DNA from: Scyliorhinus canicula
Taxonomy: Eukaryota
Assembly (NCBI RefSeq): GCF_902713615.1
Contig: NC_052149.1
Coordinates: forward strand, 15,294,260-15,358,259
Direction: 5' to 3'
DNA: 64,000 nucleotides
Shown here: positions 24,225-34,340 of the stretch, piece after piece
Numbering within the stretch: the first letter of the stretch is position 1
How the letters are laid out: the number at the start of each line of letters is the position of its first letter
Position numbers and translations under genes: made by a program
Notes under the pieces: generated by a model
What the model saw: only the letters and a program-made list of their open reading frames with translations
What the model was told of the DNA's origin: nothing
The model's database searches: none

Positions 24225-27200
24225 CGGTGTTCGGGCTCCCCCACTTGGGTCTGTGACACACTATGGGACTCATCAGGGAGGCCCGTAGTCACGGCAAAAG
24301 TCAAAGGGAAGCCCATAGAGTTATTGTGGGACACAGGAGGATCCCGCACCACCATTAACTCCACAACCACGGCACACGCAGACACGTGGCCGACCACCTC
24401 CACCATCACACTTAGCGGGTTCACCGGACACTCGCAGCAGGGACATATCACAGCACCCGTAGCGATCCAGCTAGGGAACATTAGCACAAGGCACCCCGTA
24501 GTTTTAGTAAATCTTCCCCGGACAGCAGAGCACATCCTGGGGATAGATTTTATGAACGCCCACAGCTTGTCGTTCGACCCAGTGAACCAGTGTGTCTGGC
24601 GAATGGCGAGATCAGACAGAGCCCCAGCCACCCTCACAGTAGGAGACTACGCTAATCGGATTAGCGCAGTGGGAGAGTACTCATTCGACCTGACTACACT
24701 CCACACCGACCGACAAATTAAGGCCCTTCTAAACAAACACAGGACAGCATTTGCAAGTCACCGTCATGACTGTGGCAGAATGACTGGACAAGTTCATGTT
24801 ACCGGACAGGACCCCCGACCGCAAAAGCAGTATAGATTTCCCCTCGAGGCAGAGGTGGAAATAGAAAAGGTTATAGGCAGCTTGTTGGACCAAGGTGTAC
24901 TGAGAACGGTAGCCTCCACCAACAATGCCCCTATTTGGCCAGTGAGGAAGCCCGATGGATCATGGCGTCTGACCATCGATTATCGGGAACTCAACAAAGT
25001 AACCCCCGCAGTAGCCCCACCGGTAGCTACTAGTCCCGAGACCATGCTCAAGCAGGGTCTCAACGCCAAGTACTTCACGGTATTGGACATCAGTAATGGA
25101 TTCTGGTCAATACCATTGGCAAAAGCGTGCCAATACAAATTCGCATTCACTTTTAAAACTCAGCAGTACACGTGGACATGCCTCCCACAAGGATTCCACA
25201 ATTCCCCCTCCATTTTCCACCGACAGCTGGCAAGTGGATTAGAAAAATTTTCCCGACCCGAATGTCTGGTACAGTACGTAGACGACCTACTACTGCAGAC
25301 AGACACAAAGGCAGAGCACATTTCGCTTCTGGCCGAACTCCTAGAACTCTTAACTGAAATTGGCTGTAAAGTTAACCCGAAAAAGGCCCAAATATTGGAA
25401 AGTAAAGTGATGTATTTGGGATCAGTCATCACGCACGGCAAACGCGAGATCGAATTCAAAAGAATTGATTCGATCGTCAAATTGCCCCTTCCCCAGAATG
25501 TATCAGCCCTCCGGTCGTTTTTAGGACTGGTTGGCTATTGTCGGAACCACATCGACGGATTCGCGACAAAAGCCGCCCCACTTTCAGACCTCCTTAAGAA
25601 AGGAGCCCCCTGGGAATGGCTTCCGCAGCATACAGGCGCTGTGGAAGAGTTAAAACGAGCCCTTAGTGCAGCACCCGCGCTGCTAGTCCCCGACCAACTT
25701 TCACCGTACGCAATCGAGGTAGCTAGCACAGATCTAACCCTCTCGGCCGTGTTGCTTCAAGAACGGCACGAGCAGCTAAGACCAGTGGCTTATGCCTCCC
25801 GACTGCTAGACCCAGTAGAACAAGGATTTTCAGCCTGTGAGAGGCACCTCCTTGCTGTCTTCTGGGCAGTGCAGTATTTCTCATACATCACCGGACTCAA
25901 CCCCATCACCATTCTAACCGAACACACACCCACACAGCTACTACTAGACGGTCGACTGAAGGACGGTTCAGTTAGCCAGATTAGGGCAGCTAGGTGGACC
26001 CTACTTTTACAAGGACGGGACATTACAGTGAAACGGACACGCACCCACACATACTTAGCAGACAACCTCCAATACCCAGGACAGCCCCATGACTGTGAAA
26101 TTGTAGCTCCCCTGCACAACACAGGACCCTTTTTAGCCAAAACACCCCCCAGGAAGATAGGGAACCCGAAACAAAGCCCCCAGCCCACAGACACGTGTGG
26201 ACCCTTGAGGATTTATGTAGACGGTTCCTCCACAGTTTTAAATGGTGAGCGTATCACAGGATGCGGCATCTACGTAGAGGACGCGCAGGGGCGCGCTCTC
26301 GAAGAAATCGCTCTTAAGTTACCAGGTCACTTAGGCGCGCAGGCAGCAGAGCTAGCAGCCATAGCGTACATAGTGGACCACCCCGATTCTTTCCCCAGCC
26401 CAGCAGACATATATTCAGACAGCTTATATGTCTGTAACAGTTTAACCGATTTTCTGCCCCTGTGGAGGACACGAGGTTTTGTCTCCGCAGACGGAAAACC
26501 CCTTCCATCAGCCCCTCTACTCCAGCATATTTTAGCGAAAGCGAAGGACAGGACCTTCGGCATTATAAAAGTTCGCAGCCACCATAGGTCATCACCACCT
26601 GGGAATGTAAAAGCCGACGCGTTGGCTAAGGCAGGTTCCAGGAGAGGACACTTATGGACCCCCCCAGCTAGCGCACCAGCTAGCGCCCCTGTGAGCGCAG
26701 TCCAAGTCTCACAGACTGATATTAAAGATCTCGTGGCAGCACAAAAACAGGACGGAGACCTCAGGGAGGTTTTCAAGGGAAACTTTGTGCCTGCTTACGA
26801 GCACTTTAAACACGCACTGACCACACATGAGGGTGTGATCATTAAGGACCGACTTTATGTGGTCCCACAGCAGGACAGGAATCAGATGATTGCCTTGTTC
26901 CATGACGGACACGGGCATCAGGGAATTGATGCAACAACGAGGCACCTCAGACAACTCTGTTGGTGGCCTGATCTCAGGAATGATGTAACGCACTACATAG
27001 AGAATTGCCTGATTTGTGCTCAGAATAACCCGGACAGGTATTCTAGGAAGGCACAACTTCGGCATACTCGCCCAGTTAACGGCCCTTGGACAAACCTCCA
27101 GATCGACTTTATAGGTCCATTGCCCCCTTGTAGGAATGGCTATAAATACGTTCTGGTGGTGATAGATACCTTTACCAAGTGGGTAGAGGCATTTCCCTCA

Positions 27201-28451
27201 CGAACAAATACAGCAAAGACAGCTGCAAAGATCCTGACCCACCACATCTTCACGAGATGGGGTTTACCCCGAAGTATCGATTCGGACCAGGGATCTCACT
27301 TTACAGGACGGGTCATGAGGAACGTCCTGACAATATTCGGAATCAAACAGAACTTCCACATTGCGTATCATCCACAGTCCAGCGGGATTGTGGAGCGCAT
27401 GAATCGGACCCTAAAAACTACCCTTAGGAAAATGGTTCAAGAGAACAATTCCACATGGGATTCAGTGCTCCCCTTTGCACTTATGTTCATAAGGAACACT
27501 GTCTCCACATCGACAGGACACACACCACATACACTCATGACCGGACGCCCTATGAAAGGTACAGAATTCCTTTTAGGACTGGACATGACAAGCCCCGAAG
27601 TGACGGCCCTCACACATGAAAAGGCAGTTAAAGAACTAGTTGAGACTGTGAGGTCTGCACAGCTCGCAGCCGCAGTCCAGCTAGGGAAACGCCGACAGCA
27701 ACATACTGCCTGTTTCAATAAGACCGTACACACCACAGAATTCCAGGTTGGGCAACAGGTAATGTTATCTGTTTATAACCCCAGCAGTTTTTTGGCTCCA
27801 AAATATTCCGGCCCCTACTCAATTTCGGACAAAATTAGCCCCTCCGTTTACAGGATAAAGTATCCTAATGGGAAGACCGCGTGGTTCCATATAAACCAGT
27901 TAAAGGCATATGGAACACAGGCCAACCATGCCCACCATGTCCTGCTAGACGCAGCAGAACACTTCACCCCGCCCACCAGAGACACTTTTCCACCATCCCC
28001 CTCACAGACCAGTACATCAACGGACTCGCCCACGACTCCGCCCACAGACCACTACAGACCACGCCCCGACACGCCCACAAGCTGCCACAGCAGAGACAGT
28101 AGGACAGACACTGACTCTGAAGACAGCGACACCACACAGCCATACAGCCCACACTGCACCACCTACGACCCCGACTCCAGTGACCCCATGGAAGTCACTT
28201 ACCTTAAAAACCCAGAACCACCACCCGACCCCGCCTACCCCGACAACACACTCGACGCCACACAATGGCACAGGGACAATTCCTACAGACTTGTCCGCAA
28301 TGACGAGAGTGACCCCCGGTCACACAACTCCAAAATAGCATGCCTGATCCACACAAGGGTGTGGGATCCGGGAGAGCAGGACGACACGGTGTCTGACTCC
28401 CGACACGGCAACCCCTTTGTGACCCTGTTCACAGAGGCAGAATCAAAGTGA
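24225..28451 (+). CDS. pol: Pol (PR-RT-tether-RNase H-IN), most likely expressed by readthrough of the gag UGA
   Basis: Same frame as gag with no further stop. PR LLWDTGG; RT LDISNGF, LPQG, YVDD; degenerate RNase H (EVAST...TEH); second RNase H (YVDGSS, AQAAEL, IYSDS, GNVKADALAK); IN HHCC, LQIDF / SDQG / VERMN, GPY motif. Confidence 0.95.
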   Translation, partial: RCSGSPTWVCDTLWDSSGRPVVTAKVKGKPIELLWDTGGSRTTINSTTTAHADTWPTTSTITLSGFTGHSQQGHITAPVAIQLGNISTRHPVVLVNLPRTAEHILGIDFMNAHSLSFDPVNQCVWRMARSDRAPATLTVGDYANRISAVGEYSFDLTTLHTDRQIKALLNKHRTAFASHRHDCGRMTGQVHVTGQDPRPQKQYRFPLEAEVEIEKVIGSLLDQGVLRTVASTNNAPIWPVRKPDGSWRLTIDYRELNKVTPAVAPPVATSPETMLKQGLNAKYFTVLDISNGFWSIPLAKACQYKFAFTFKTQQYTWTCLPQGFHNSPSIFHRQLASGLEKFSRPECLVQYVDDLLLQTDTKAEHISLLAELLELLTEIGCKVNPKKAQILESKVMYLGSVITHGKREIEFKRIDSIVKLPLPQNVSALRSFLGLVGYCRNHIDGFATKAAPLSDLLKKGAPWEWLPQHTGAVEELKRALSAAPALLVPDQLSPYAIEVASTDLTLSAVLLQERHEQLRPVAYASRLLDPVEQGFSACERHLLAVFWAVQYFSYITGLNPITILTEHTPTQLLLDGRLKDGSVSQIRAARWTLLLQGRDITVKRTRTHTYLADNLQYPGQPHDCEIVAPLHNTGPFLAKTPPRKIGNPKQSPQPTDTCGPLRIYVDGSSTVLNGERITGCGIYVEDAQGRALEEIALKLPGHLGAQAAELAAIAYIVDHPDSFPSPADIYSDSLYVCNSLTDFLPLWRTRGFVSADGKPLPSAPLLQHILAKAKDRTFGIIKVRSHHRSSPPGNVKADALAKAGSRRGHLWTPPASAPASAPVSAVQVSQTDIKDLVAAQKQDGDLREVFKGNFVPAYEHFKHALTTHEGVIIKDRLYVVPQQDRNQMIALFHDGHGHQGIDATTRHLRQLCWWPDLRNDVTHYIENCLICAQNNPDRYSRKAQLRHTRPVNGPWTNLQIDFIGPLPPCRNGYKYVLVVIDTFTKWVEAFPSRTNTAKTAAKILTHHIFTRWGLPRSIDSDQGSHFTGRVMRNVLTIFGIKQNFHIAYHPQSSGIVERMNRTLKTTLRKMVQENNSTWDSVLPFALMFIRNTVSTSTGHTPHTLMTGRPMKGTEFLLGLDMTSPEVTALTHEKAVKELVETVRSAQLAAAVQLGKRRQQHTACFNKTVHTTEFQVGQQVMLSVYNPSSFLAPKYSGPYSISDKISPSVYRIKYPNGKTAWFHINQLKAYGTQANHAHHVLLDAAEHFTPPTRDTFPPSPSQTSTSTDSPTTPPTDHYRPRPDTPTSCHSRDSRTDTDSEDSDTTQPYSPHCTTYDPDSSDPMEVTYLKNPEPPPDPAYPDNTLDATQWHRDNSYRLVRNDESDPRSHNSKIACLIHTRVWDPGEQDDTVSDSRHGNPFVTLFTEAESK

Positions 28452-29390
28452 GGTGTCCAGATGATGTAAGATAGGAATCGTTTGAGGGAAACGATGTCCT
28501 TTCTGATGGAACCTGCACGTATGTTTGTCTTCGTTTTATGTTTGTTTGTCTCAGGATTGTACAATGTTTCAGCTGGAGGATGGACATCTTCTTTTCAGCT
28601 GAAAAGATTGTGACCACCTCACATACACGTTAGTTTGTCCGCAGATACTTCTGAGAACTTCGGTTTGATTGGAGATCTTTTCCAAAGTTGTAAGGCCACA
28701 CGCCAAATAGTTTATCTGCAGATATCTCTGAGAACTTCAGTGATGTCCTCAGTTGGAGCATCTTGGCTCCCTTGGTTTCTTTTTTAGGTGCCCCTCTATT
28801 CGGCGAAATAGAGGCTGCAAGTCATGGTAAACACATTCGTACCCGTTTTTCCAGGTTACTCAGGCAGTGGACAAACGGCACTGAGGACCCGCCCTGTCTG
28901 AGAACCAACCCTTGGTCAGCCAAGCTCGGGTATGGCACAGCACGCCCTACCCGGGGATCCCATCCAACTCGTACCCGTAGCGGCCCATACGCAACTCATT
29001 CGGATGTTTCTTTCCAAATTTGTTTTCATTTTAGGTTAGGTAGCCCTTCGGCCGCCATCCCACATGCTATTTACATCCGGAAACATTCGGATGGTAAATC
29101 AGCAAAGCCTGCGAGACGGCTCGCAGAAGGAAGGATTGTTAGGTGTATGCTGGTCTTTAAATTCGCTTTTTGAAAAAAAAAATGAGGGGAGTCACAGGGT
29201 GTGACTTAGCCAGTCATTTTAAAGGGTCAATTGGGTTTTGAAAGACAGATGCACTAACAAGTAAAGGTCTTAAACTGTGTATTGACAGATACTGTGCTTG
29301 ATCCCAAAGGTTTCAAAGGACGAGACAGAGGTCGAAGCCAGGATTGTCAATACCGGAGGAAGAAGGAAGAGAAAGAGGAAGAACAGCAAA

Positions 29391-29744
29391 ATGATGGAAG
29401 CCCACTTATTACTATTTAATGTCATATGTATATGTGTGGAAACAAGACACGTTTCCCCCACAACCCCCACCGTAAATGTTAGTACAACAAACCCCCAGTG
29501 CTCAGCTCTGATCAGCGAGGTTCAGACCTGGTGTACTAAATTCATGACGTGGTACTCCATGTCCTACATAATCGAATCACTGTTGGTGATTGCGATCCTC
29601 ACCATCCTAGTGCAGACCCTCAGGTTGAGGAAATGGAAGAGGAGAGCCTCTCGTTCCAGCACCTCACCCATCTATAGAGTGCAATCCCCCATCTTCGGAT
29701 TCCACCAAACCCCTCAACCCCTCACTGATTACAACACTCTGTAA
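29391..29744 (+). CDS. Putative 117-aa single-pass membrane protein in the env position
   Basis: ATGATGG start 102 nt after the acceptor TTGACAG| (29288), with branch-like CACTAAC at 29252. Hydrophobic N-terminus, NVS sequon, C-x10-C, TM YIIESLLVIAILTILV, basic RLRKWKRR, tail ending DYNTL. Confidence 0.65.
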   Translation: MMEAHLLLFNVICICVETRHVSPTTPTVNVSTTNPQCSALISEVQTWCTKFMTWYSMSYIIESLLVIAILTILVQTLRLRKWKRRASRSSTSPIYRVQSPIFGFHQTPQPLTDYNTL

Positions 29745-30062
29745 ATAAAATTCAGCCATGTATTATATTGTTCCATACTCGACTGCCGAGTTGGGAAGTG
29801 TGATGTTGTGGTGTGAATGGTTAAGATTTTAGAGTGATTAAATGTTTAAGTTAAGGTTAAGGTTAATAGTGATAGGTAGAGGTTCCCAATTGTAGTAATG
29901 CATGTCCCTTTGACATAGGGCCAAGTAGAAATGTTAGTTAAAATTTTTTTCTCTTCTTCCCATAGTTTAGAACAGAGTAGAACAGGAACTGGCAAGAGGT
30001 CAGAACACAAGGAGGCAAAGTACATAGGTGATCCTTCACAATAGTATGATTGTGAGGATCAC

Positions 30063-30072
30063 AAGGAGGGAA
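30063..30072 (+). promoter_or_regulatory. Polypurine tract
   Basis: AAGGAGGGAA immediately before the TG of the 3' LTR. Confidence 0.85.
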
Positions 30073-31024
30073 TGTAGCCATGCTGGCCACGCAAAATGGA
30101 CACTGAGCCAAACTAAAATGGAAGGCTGCTGAGAAACAGACAGTTCAGCCAGAACAGCAGTCTGCAAAGAGCAGTTTGCATTCTGCAGCAGCAGAAACCA
30201 GTTTGGGCTCAGGTGAAGAGACCTTAGCTAGGTGCAAATGGCAAAACGCTTTGCATGCTAATGAGGCCATCAGACTTGAACACCCACACAATAGATACAT
30301 TTGGTTCTGAATGGACACATTCCAATCAAGACCCAGACATCGAGGCACCAGAAACCTCCGAACAAAAGGACATAAGAAACGCCCCCTCCATCACGGAGAC
30401 CCCCTCGCATTGGGGAATTAATCCAGTATCGATAAGAAATTGATCCAATAGGTAGAGCCCGCCCGGGAAGAGGGAAGGACAACGGAACCCCTATAAAAGA
30501 TAGGGACCTCGTGTTGTCCGGTCTGTTAAACCTGTGCTCCGGCCTCGACTGACACCTGGTATCCTGACTCCAGCCGTTGAGCACCAGCCGCCGAAACCGT
30601 AAGTTCAACGCTCGCTACGCGATCCAAGCCCGCTAGACTCCCAAGTGCCAGAACGCTTGCTGAAGGCTGCAGACAAAACCAGGACGAAGGCCTCGTTCTC
30701 TGACCTTGCCTGTTCCTGTTAGATAAGTATTCTGTTTGCTTATGTTTAGTTGTAGCTTAGTCTCTTAGTGTGTGTGCATGAGTATTTATTATTAACTGTA
30801 TAATAAATATTGATCGTTTGAACTTGACTAATCGGTGTATCGTCTTTATTACTTTGAATTTGACCTTGGAATACTTGTGACGTTGCCTATACGGCAGCTG
30901 GCGACTCCAGAGCTTAAATAATTACATAGAACAGAGCCTAGCAGTGTTAAGCACACGTCGAACTCGGAGGCGTGTTAATACACTCCAATAAACGCGTTTT
31001 ACGCCCATAGTAAAACGTGCAACA
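30073..31024 (+). repeat. 3' LTR (long U5)
   Basis: Copy of the 5' LTR to 30858, then 166 unique bp ending CGTGCAACA, followed by TSD CTGT. Confidence 0.9.
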
Positions 31025-31164
31025 CTGTCGATCTGAAGTCCACACTGATACGCTCGTCCATTAATGGTGGATTCCTTATCACAGCTGGCATCGCTGGAAG
31101 GGGTTACAGAGGAGTTATTTTCTGCATTGCCCAAGGTGATGTACAGCCTTTGCGTTGGCCCATT
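31025..31164 (-). CDS. ODF2L: ODF2L-like coding exon 3, 5' part (split by provirus)
   Basis: ctttgtattag|AAT GGG CCA... NGPTQRLYITLGNAENNSS...INGRAYQCGLQID; resembles the recalled ODF2 GPTHRLEIT motif. Confidence 0.85.
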
Positions 31165-31934
31165 CTAATACAAAGGAACAAGAATTATATTTAGTTTTTA
31201 TACTTCAGACAAGTCTAGGTCGATGTCGAGTTGGGCACCCTATCAAAAGTACATTCAGGCAATTTCACAGACTATCTGAATGAAAATATAATAACTTTTT
31301 CTTACATATTCAACAACTACAATTTGCATTGATATAATGCCTTTAAAGTAACAAAGCATCGCAAGGTGCTTCACAGGAGTGTTATAAAATAAGACAGTGA
31401 GCCACACAAGGTGTTAGAGCAATTGACATTCCTTCCACACTCTGGGCAAAGATGTTTCGCCTGAATTCCCGATTGGATTTACTTGTGATGATCTTGTATT
31501 TATGGCCCCTAGTTCTCGTCTGATCCACAAGTGGAAACATCTTCTTTACGTCTGCCCCATCAAATCCTTTATCAATCTATTAGGTCGTCCCTCAGCCTTC
31601 CCCTTTCTGGAGAAAAGAGGCCCAGTCTGATCAATCATGCCGGAGATAACCTCTCACTGGAGTCATCAGTCATTTTGGTAGCAGGTGAAAAAAAATTAGT
31701 TCTGCCTTATGCTTATTCTAAACTCCCCAAGGCGTCATTTTAACACTAAGGATACAATAAATGTATTCAGAATTTGTGAGAGGGAACATTGATACTGAAT
31801 GCAATTATATATTTGGATCAGATTTTCAAAGGGAGGGCCTGGATTATTTAATGTAGCAGACATATCAGAACACAGAGACATAGGCCTGAACTTTGCACTC
31901 CTCCCAGAAGGTTTTGAGGCGGTGGGATAGGTGT

Positions 31935-31966
<32 letters not shown>

Positions 31967-32969
31967 GGAACGACATGAAATTGCATGGACTGTATTCCCT
32001 CCAGGATCAACCAGGAAGCTATTTTACAGTGTAGCGGGCAGGGCCTAGTATAGGAGTCCTGCCCTTGCCACCCCAAGTAAAGCCCTTAAATGGCCACATA
32101 ATGCCTTTTCCCACCCAGCCTCAATTTTAAAAACCGGGGGGGGGGGGGGGGGGGTTTCAAGAAACACCCTGCAGTGGGGTCAGCAGATGTCCTGTCCGCT
32201 TCATGTCCCGGGAGCTAGGAGAATCTGGCTTTATACAGGCACAGCACATTTAACTGCTCATCAAAATAAGCCAACCTGGTTCACGCCCAGAGTGGGCACA
32301 CCCCATTTAGGGGGTCACCCTGTATAGCAGCTTAGGAATTACAAGATGATCATTCGTATACATCTTGGGCAAGATTCTCCAGTTGCCCAGCTGCATGTTT
32401 CTCGCCAAAGTGCCTTTCGTTGGCGACAGGATTCCATCTTCCCGTCGCTTGTCAAAGGAATTTCCCATTGTAACCACCAGCCGGCTGACGGGGTTTTCGT
32501 GCCGGCGGGAAAATTGAATCCCAACACCAGAGAATTCCCAACTCCTTCCTTGCATTGCATCAGCCCCTGCTACATCCTCAGCGTTTAAACCTACACCTCA
32601 TCTTCATGCACGCTCTCATAGACTTTATCTATCTGACAGAAAGTTGTACCACATTTAGCATGCAAACTGGTTGTGGATGTTAATGTTCAAAAGAAGCAAA
32701 AACGCGAGATGCTCGCCTGCGGTACCGAGTTCCCCAAGAGCAGCAATGGGCTCCGCAAGCAGATAATTGCACCTGGGCGACTTCAAACAGGCCTTCTGAA
32801 ACTAAACGATCCAATGTACCTAAAAGTGTTATTTTATTCAACAGAAAAACAATTAGCCCCACATGGCCAACCTCAAAAAGATTGTATTTCTTTTTGAAAT
32901 AATTTCCCACCTTGATGTGCAGGCATGCAAACGAGTAGTTAGCTGATGCGTCAGATTTGCTGTACCTAC

Positions 32970-33083
32970 CTCCTGGCCGAGCACAAAAGGACGAGACTTT
33001 CTCCAACCCCTTGTTTTCCCCTTCCCAGATCTGTTTGCTTTCGTCGAATCAGTTGAACGTTTTCTTTTGTGCACCTGAGATAG
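32970..33083 (-). CDS. ODF2L: ODF2L-like coding exon 2
   Basis: ttcttccag|CTA... LSQVHKRKRSTDSTKANRSGKGKTRGWRKSRPFVLGQE, donor GAG|GTAGGT; 114 bp, phase 0-0. Confidence 0.72.
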
Positions 33084-33845
33084 CTGGAAGAAAACATACC
33101 CTTGAGTCCCCGGTCCCTGCACAATGGATTTGCCGAACGCGTAATTTTGCAGTCGGAATGTGAAATTATGAAAGCGTTTGCTGACCGATGCGGAGATGGG
33201 ACACCGACTGGTGGGGAAGGAAGTCTACTTAGTGATGTCCTGAAGACTTAACTCAAAATTGTTCAAACGCTTGAACATACATTCTGTAACCTAGTAATCT
33301 GGGAGTGAAAAAAGTGGTGCATTCCTCCCTCTAATTTTTTCAATTAAAATGGCATACTAAATGGAACCAGGGAGGCAGTGGTGCAGTGGTATTCTCACCA
33401 GGCCAGTAACCCAGAGCAATGTTCTGGGGACCCAGGTTCAAATCCCACCAAATCTGGAATTAAAAGTCTATTGGTGACCATTGTCGATTGTCATTAAAGA
33501 CCCATCCGGTTCATTATTGGCCTTTAGGGAAGGAAATCTACCGTCCTCCCTTGGTCTGGGTTTTACATGTGAGTCCAGACCCACAGCAATGGGGCCGACT
33601 CTAAGCTCTGAAATCCAGTCAGTTCAAGGGATATTTAGGATGGGCAATAAATTCTGGCCCATCAATGAATAACTTTTCAAAAAAGCCCTCCAAAACCTTG
33701 GTGCTCAAGTTTATAAACACACTATATTAACTTCAAAAAGATTCTGTTAACATCGGGAATGCATCACCCACACTAATTCAATACCGCTTCCCCAACTTCC
33801 CCCAAATGGCTCCACTTTTTCTTCTCTGTATATAGCTGAGATGTT

Positions 33846-34340
33846 GATTTGATTTGATTTATTATTGTCACATGTATTAGTATACAGTGAAAAGTGTTGT
33901 TTCTTGCATGCTGTACAAACAATGCATACCGTACATAGGGAAGGAAGGAGAGACTGCAGAATATAATGTTACAGTTATAGCAAGGTGTAGAGAAAAGATC
34001 AACTTAATACGAGGTCGGTCCATTCAAAAGTCTGATGGCAGCAGGGAAGAAGCTGTTCCTGAGTCGGTTGGTACGTGACCTCAAACTTTGGTATCTCTTT
34101 CCTGACGGAAGAAGGTGGAAGAGAGTATATCTGGGGCGCGTGGGGTCCTTAATTATGCTGGCTGCCTTTCTGAGGCAGCGGGAATTATAGATTGAGTCAA
34201 TGGATGGGAGGCTGGTTTGCGTGATGGACTGGGCAACATTCACAACCTTTTGTAGTTTCCTGCGGTCTTGGGTAGAGCAGGCTCCATACCAAGCTGTGAT
34301 ACAACCAGAAAGAATGCTTTCTATGGTGCATCTGTAGAAG
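33846..34340 (-). mobile_element. Rex1/Babar-like LINE 3' end
   Basis: FYRCTIESILSGCITAWYGAC...RLRNSFFPAAIRLLN plus (AAATC)n tail. Confidence 0.8.

Larger units (their letters stand above)
21344..31024 (+). mobile_element. Full-length endogenous retrovirus-like LTR element (dual RNase H, env-less; lokiretrovirus-like)
   Basis: TG...CA termini, 4-bp TSD CTGT (21340-21343 / 31025-31028), paired LTRs, PBS, PPT, uninterrupted gag and pol. Confidence 0.95.

Noticed and set aside
22280-28617. Many antisense ORFs over gag/pol
   Set aside because: All are short shadows of the coding strand; none has motifs or a supporting start context.
21344-30858. Dating the insertion from the single LTR mismatch
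   Set aside because: One difference is uninformative and may derive from the R-U5 chimerism or a sequencing error; no substitution rate is available.
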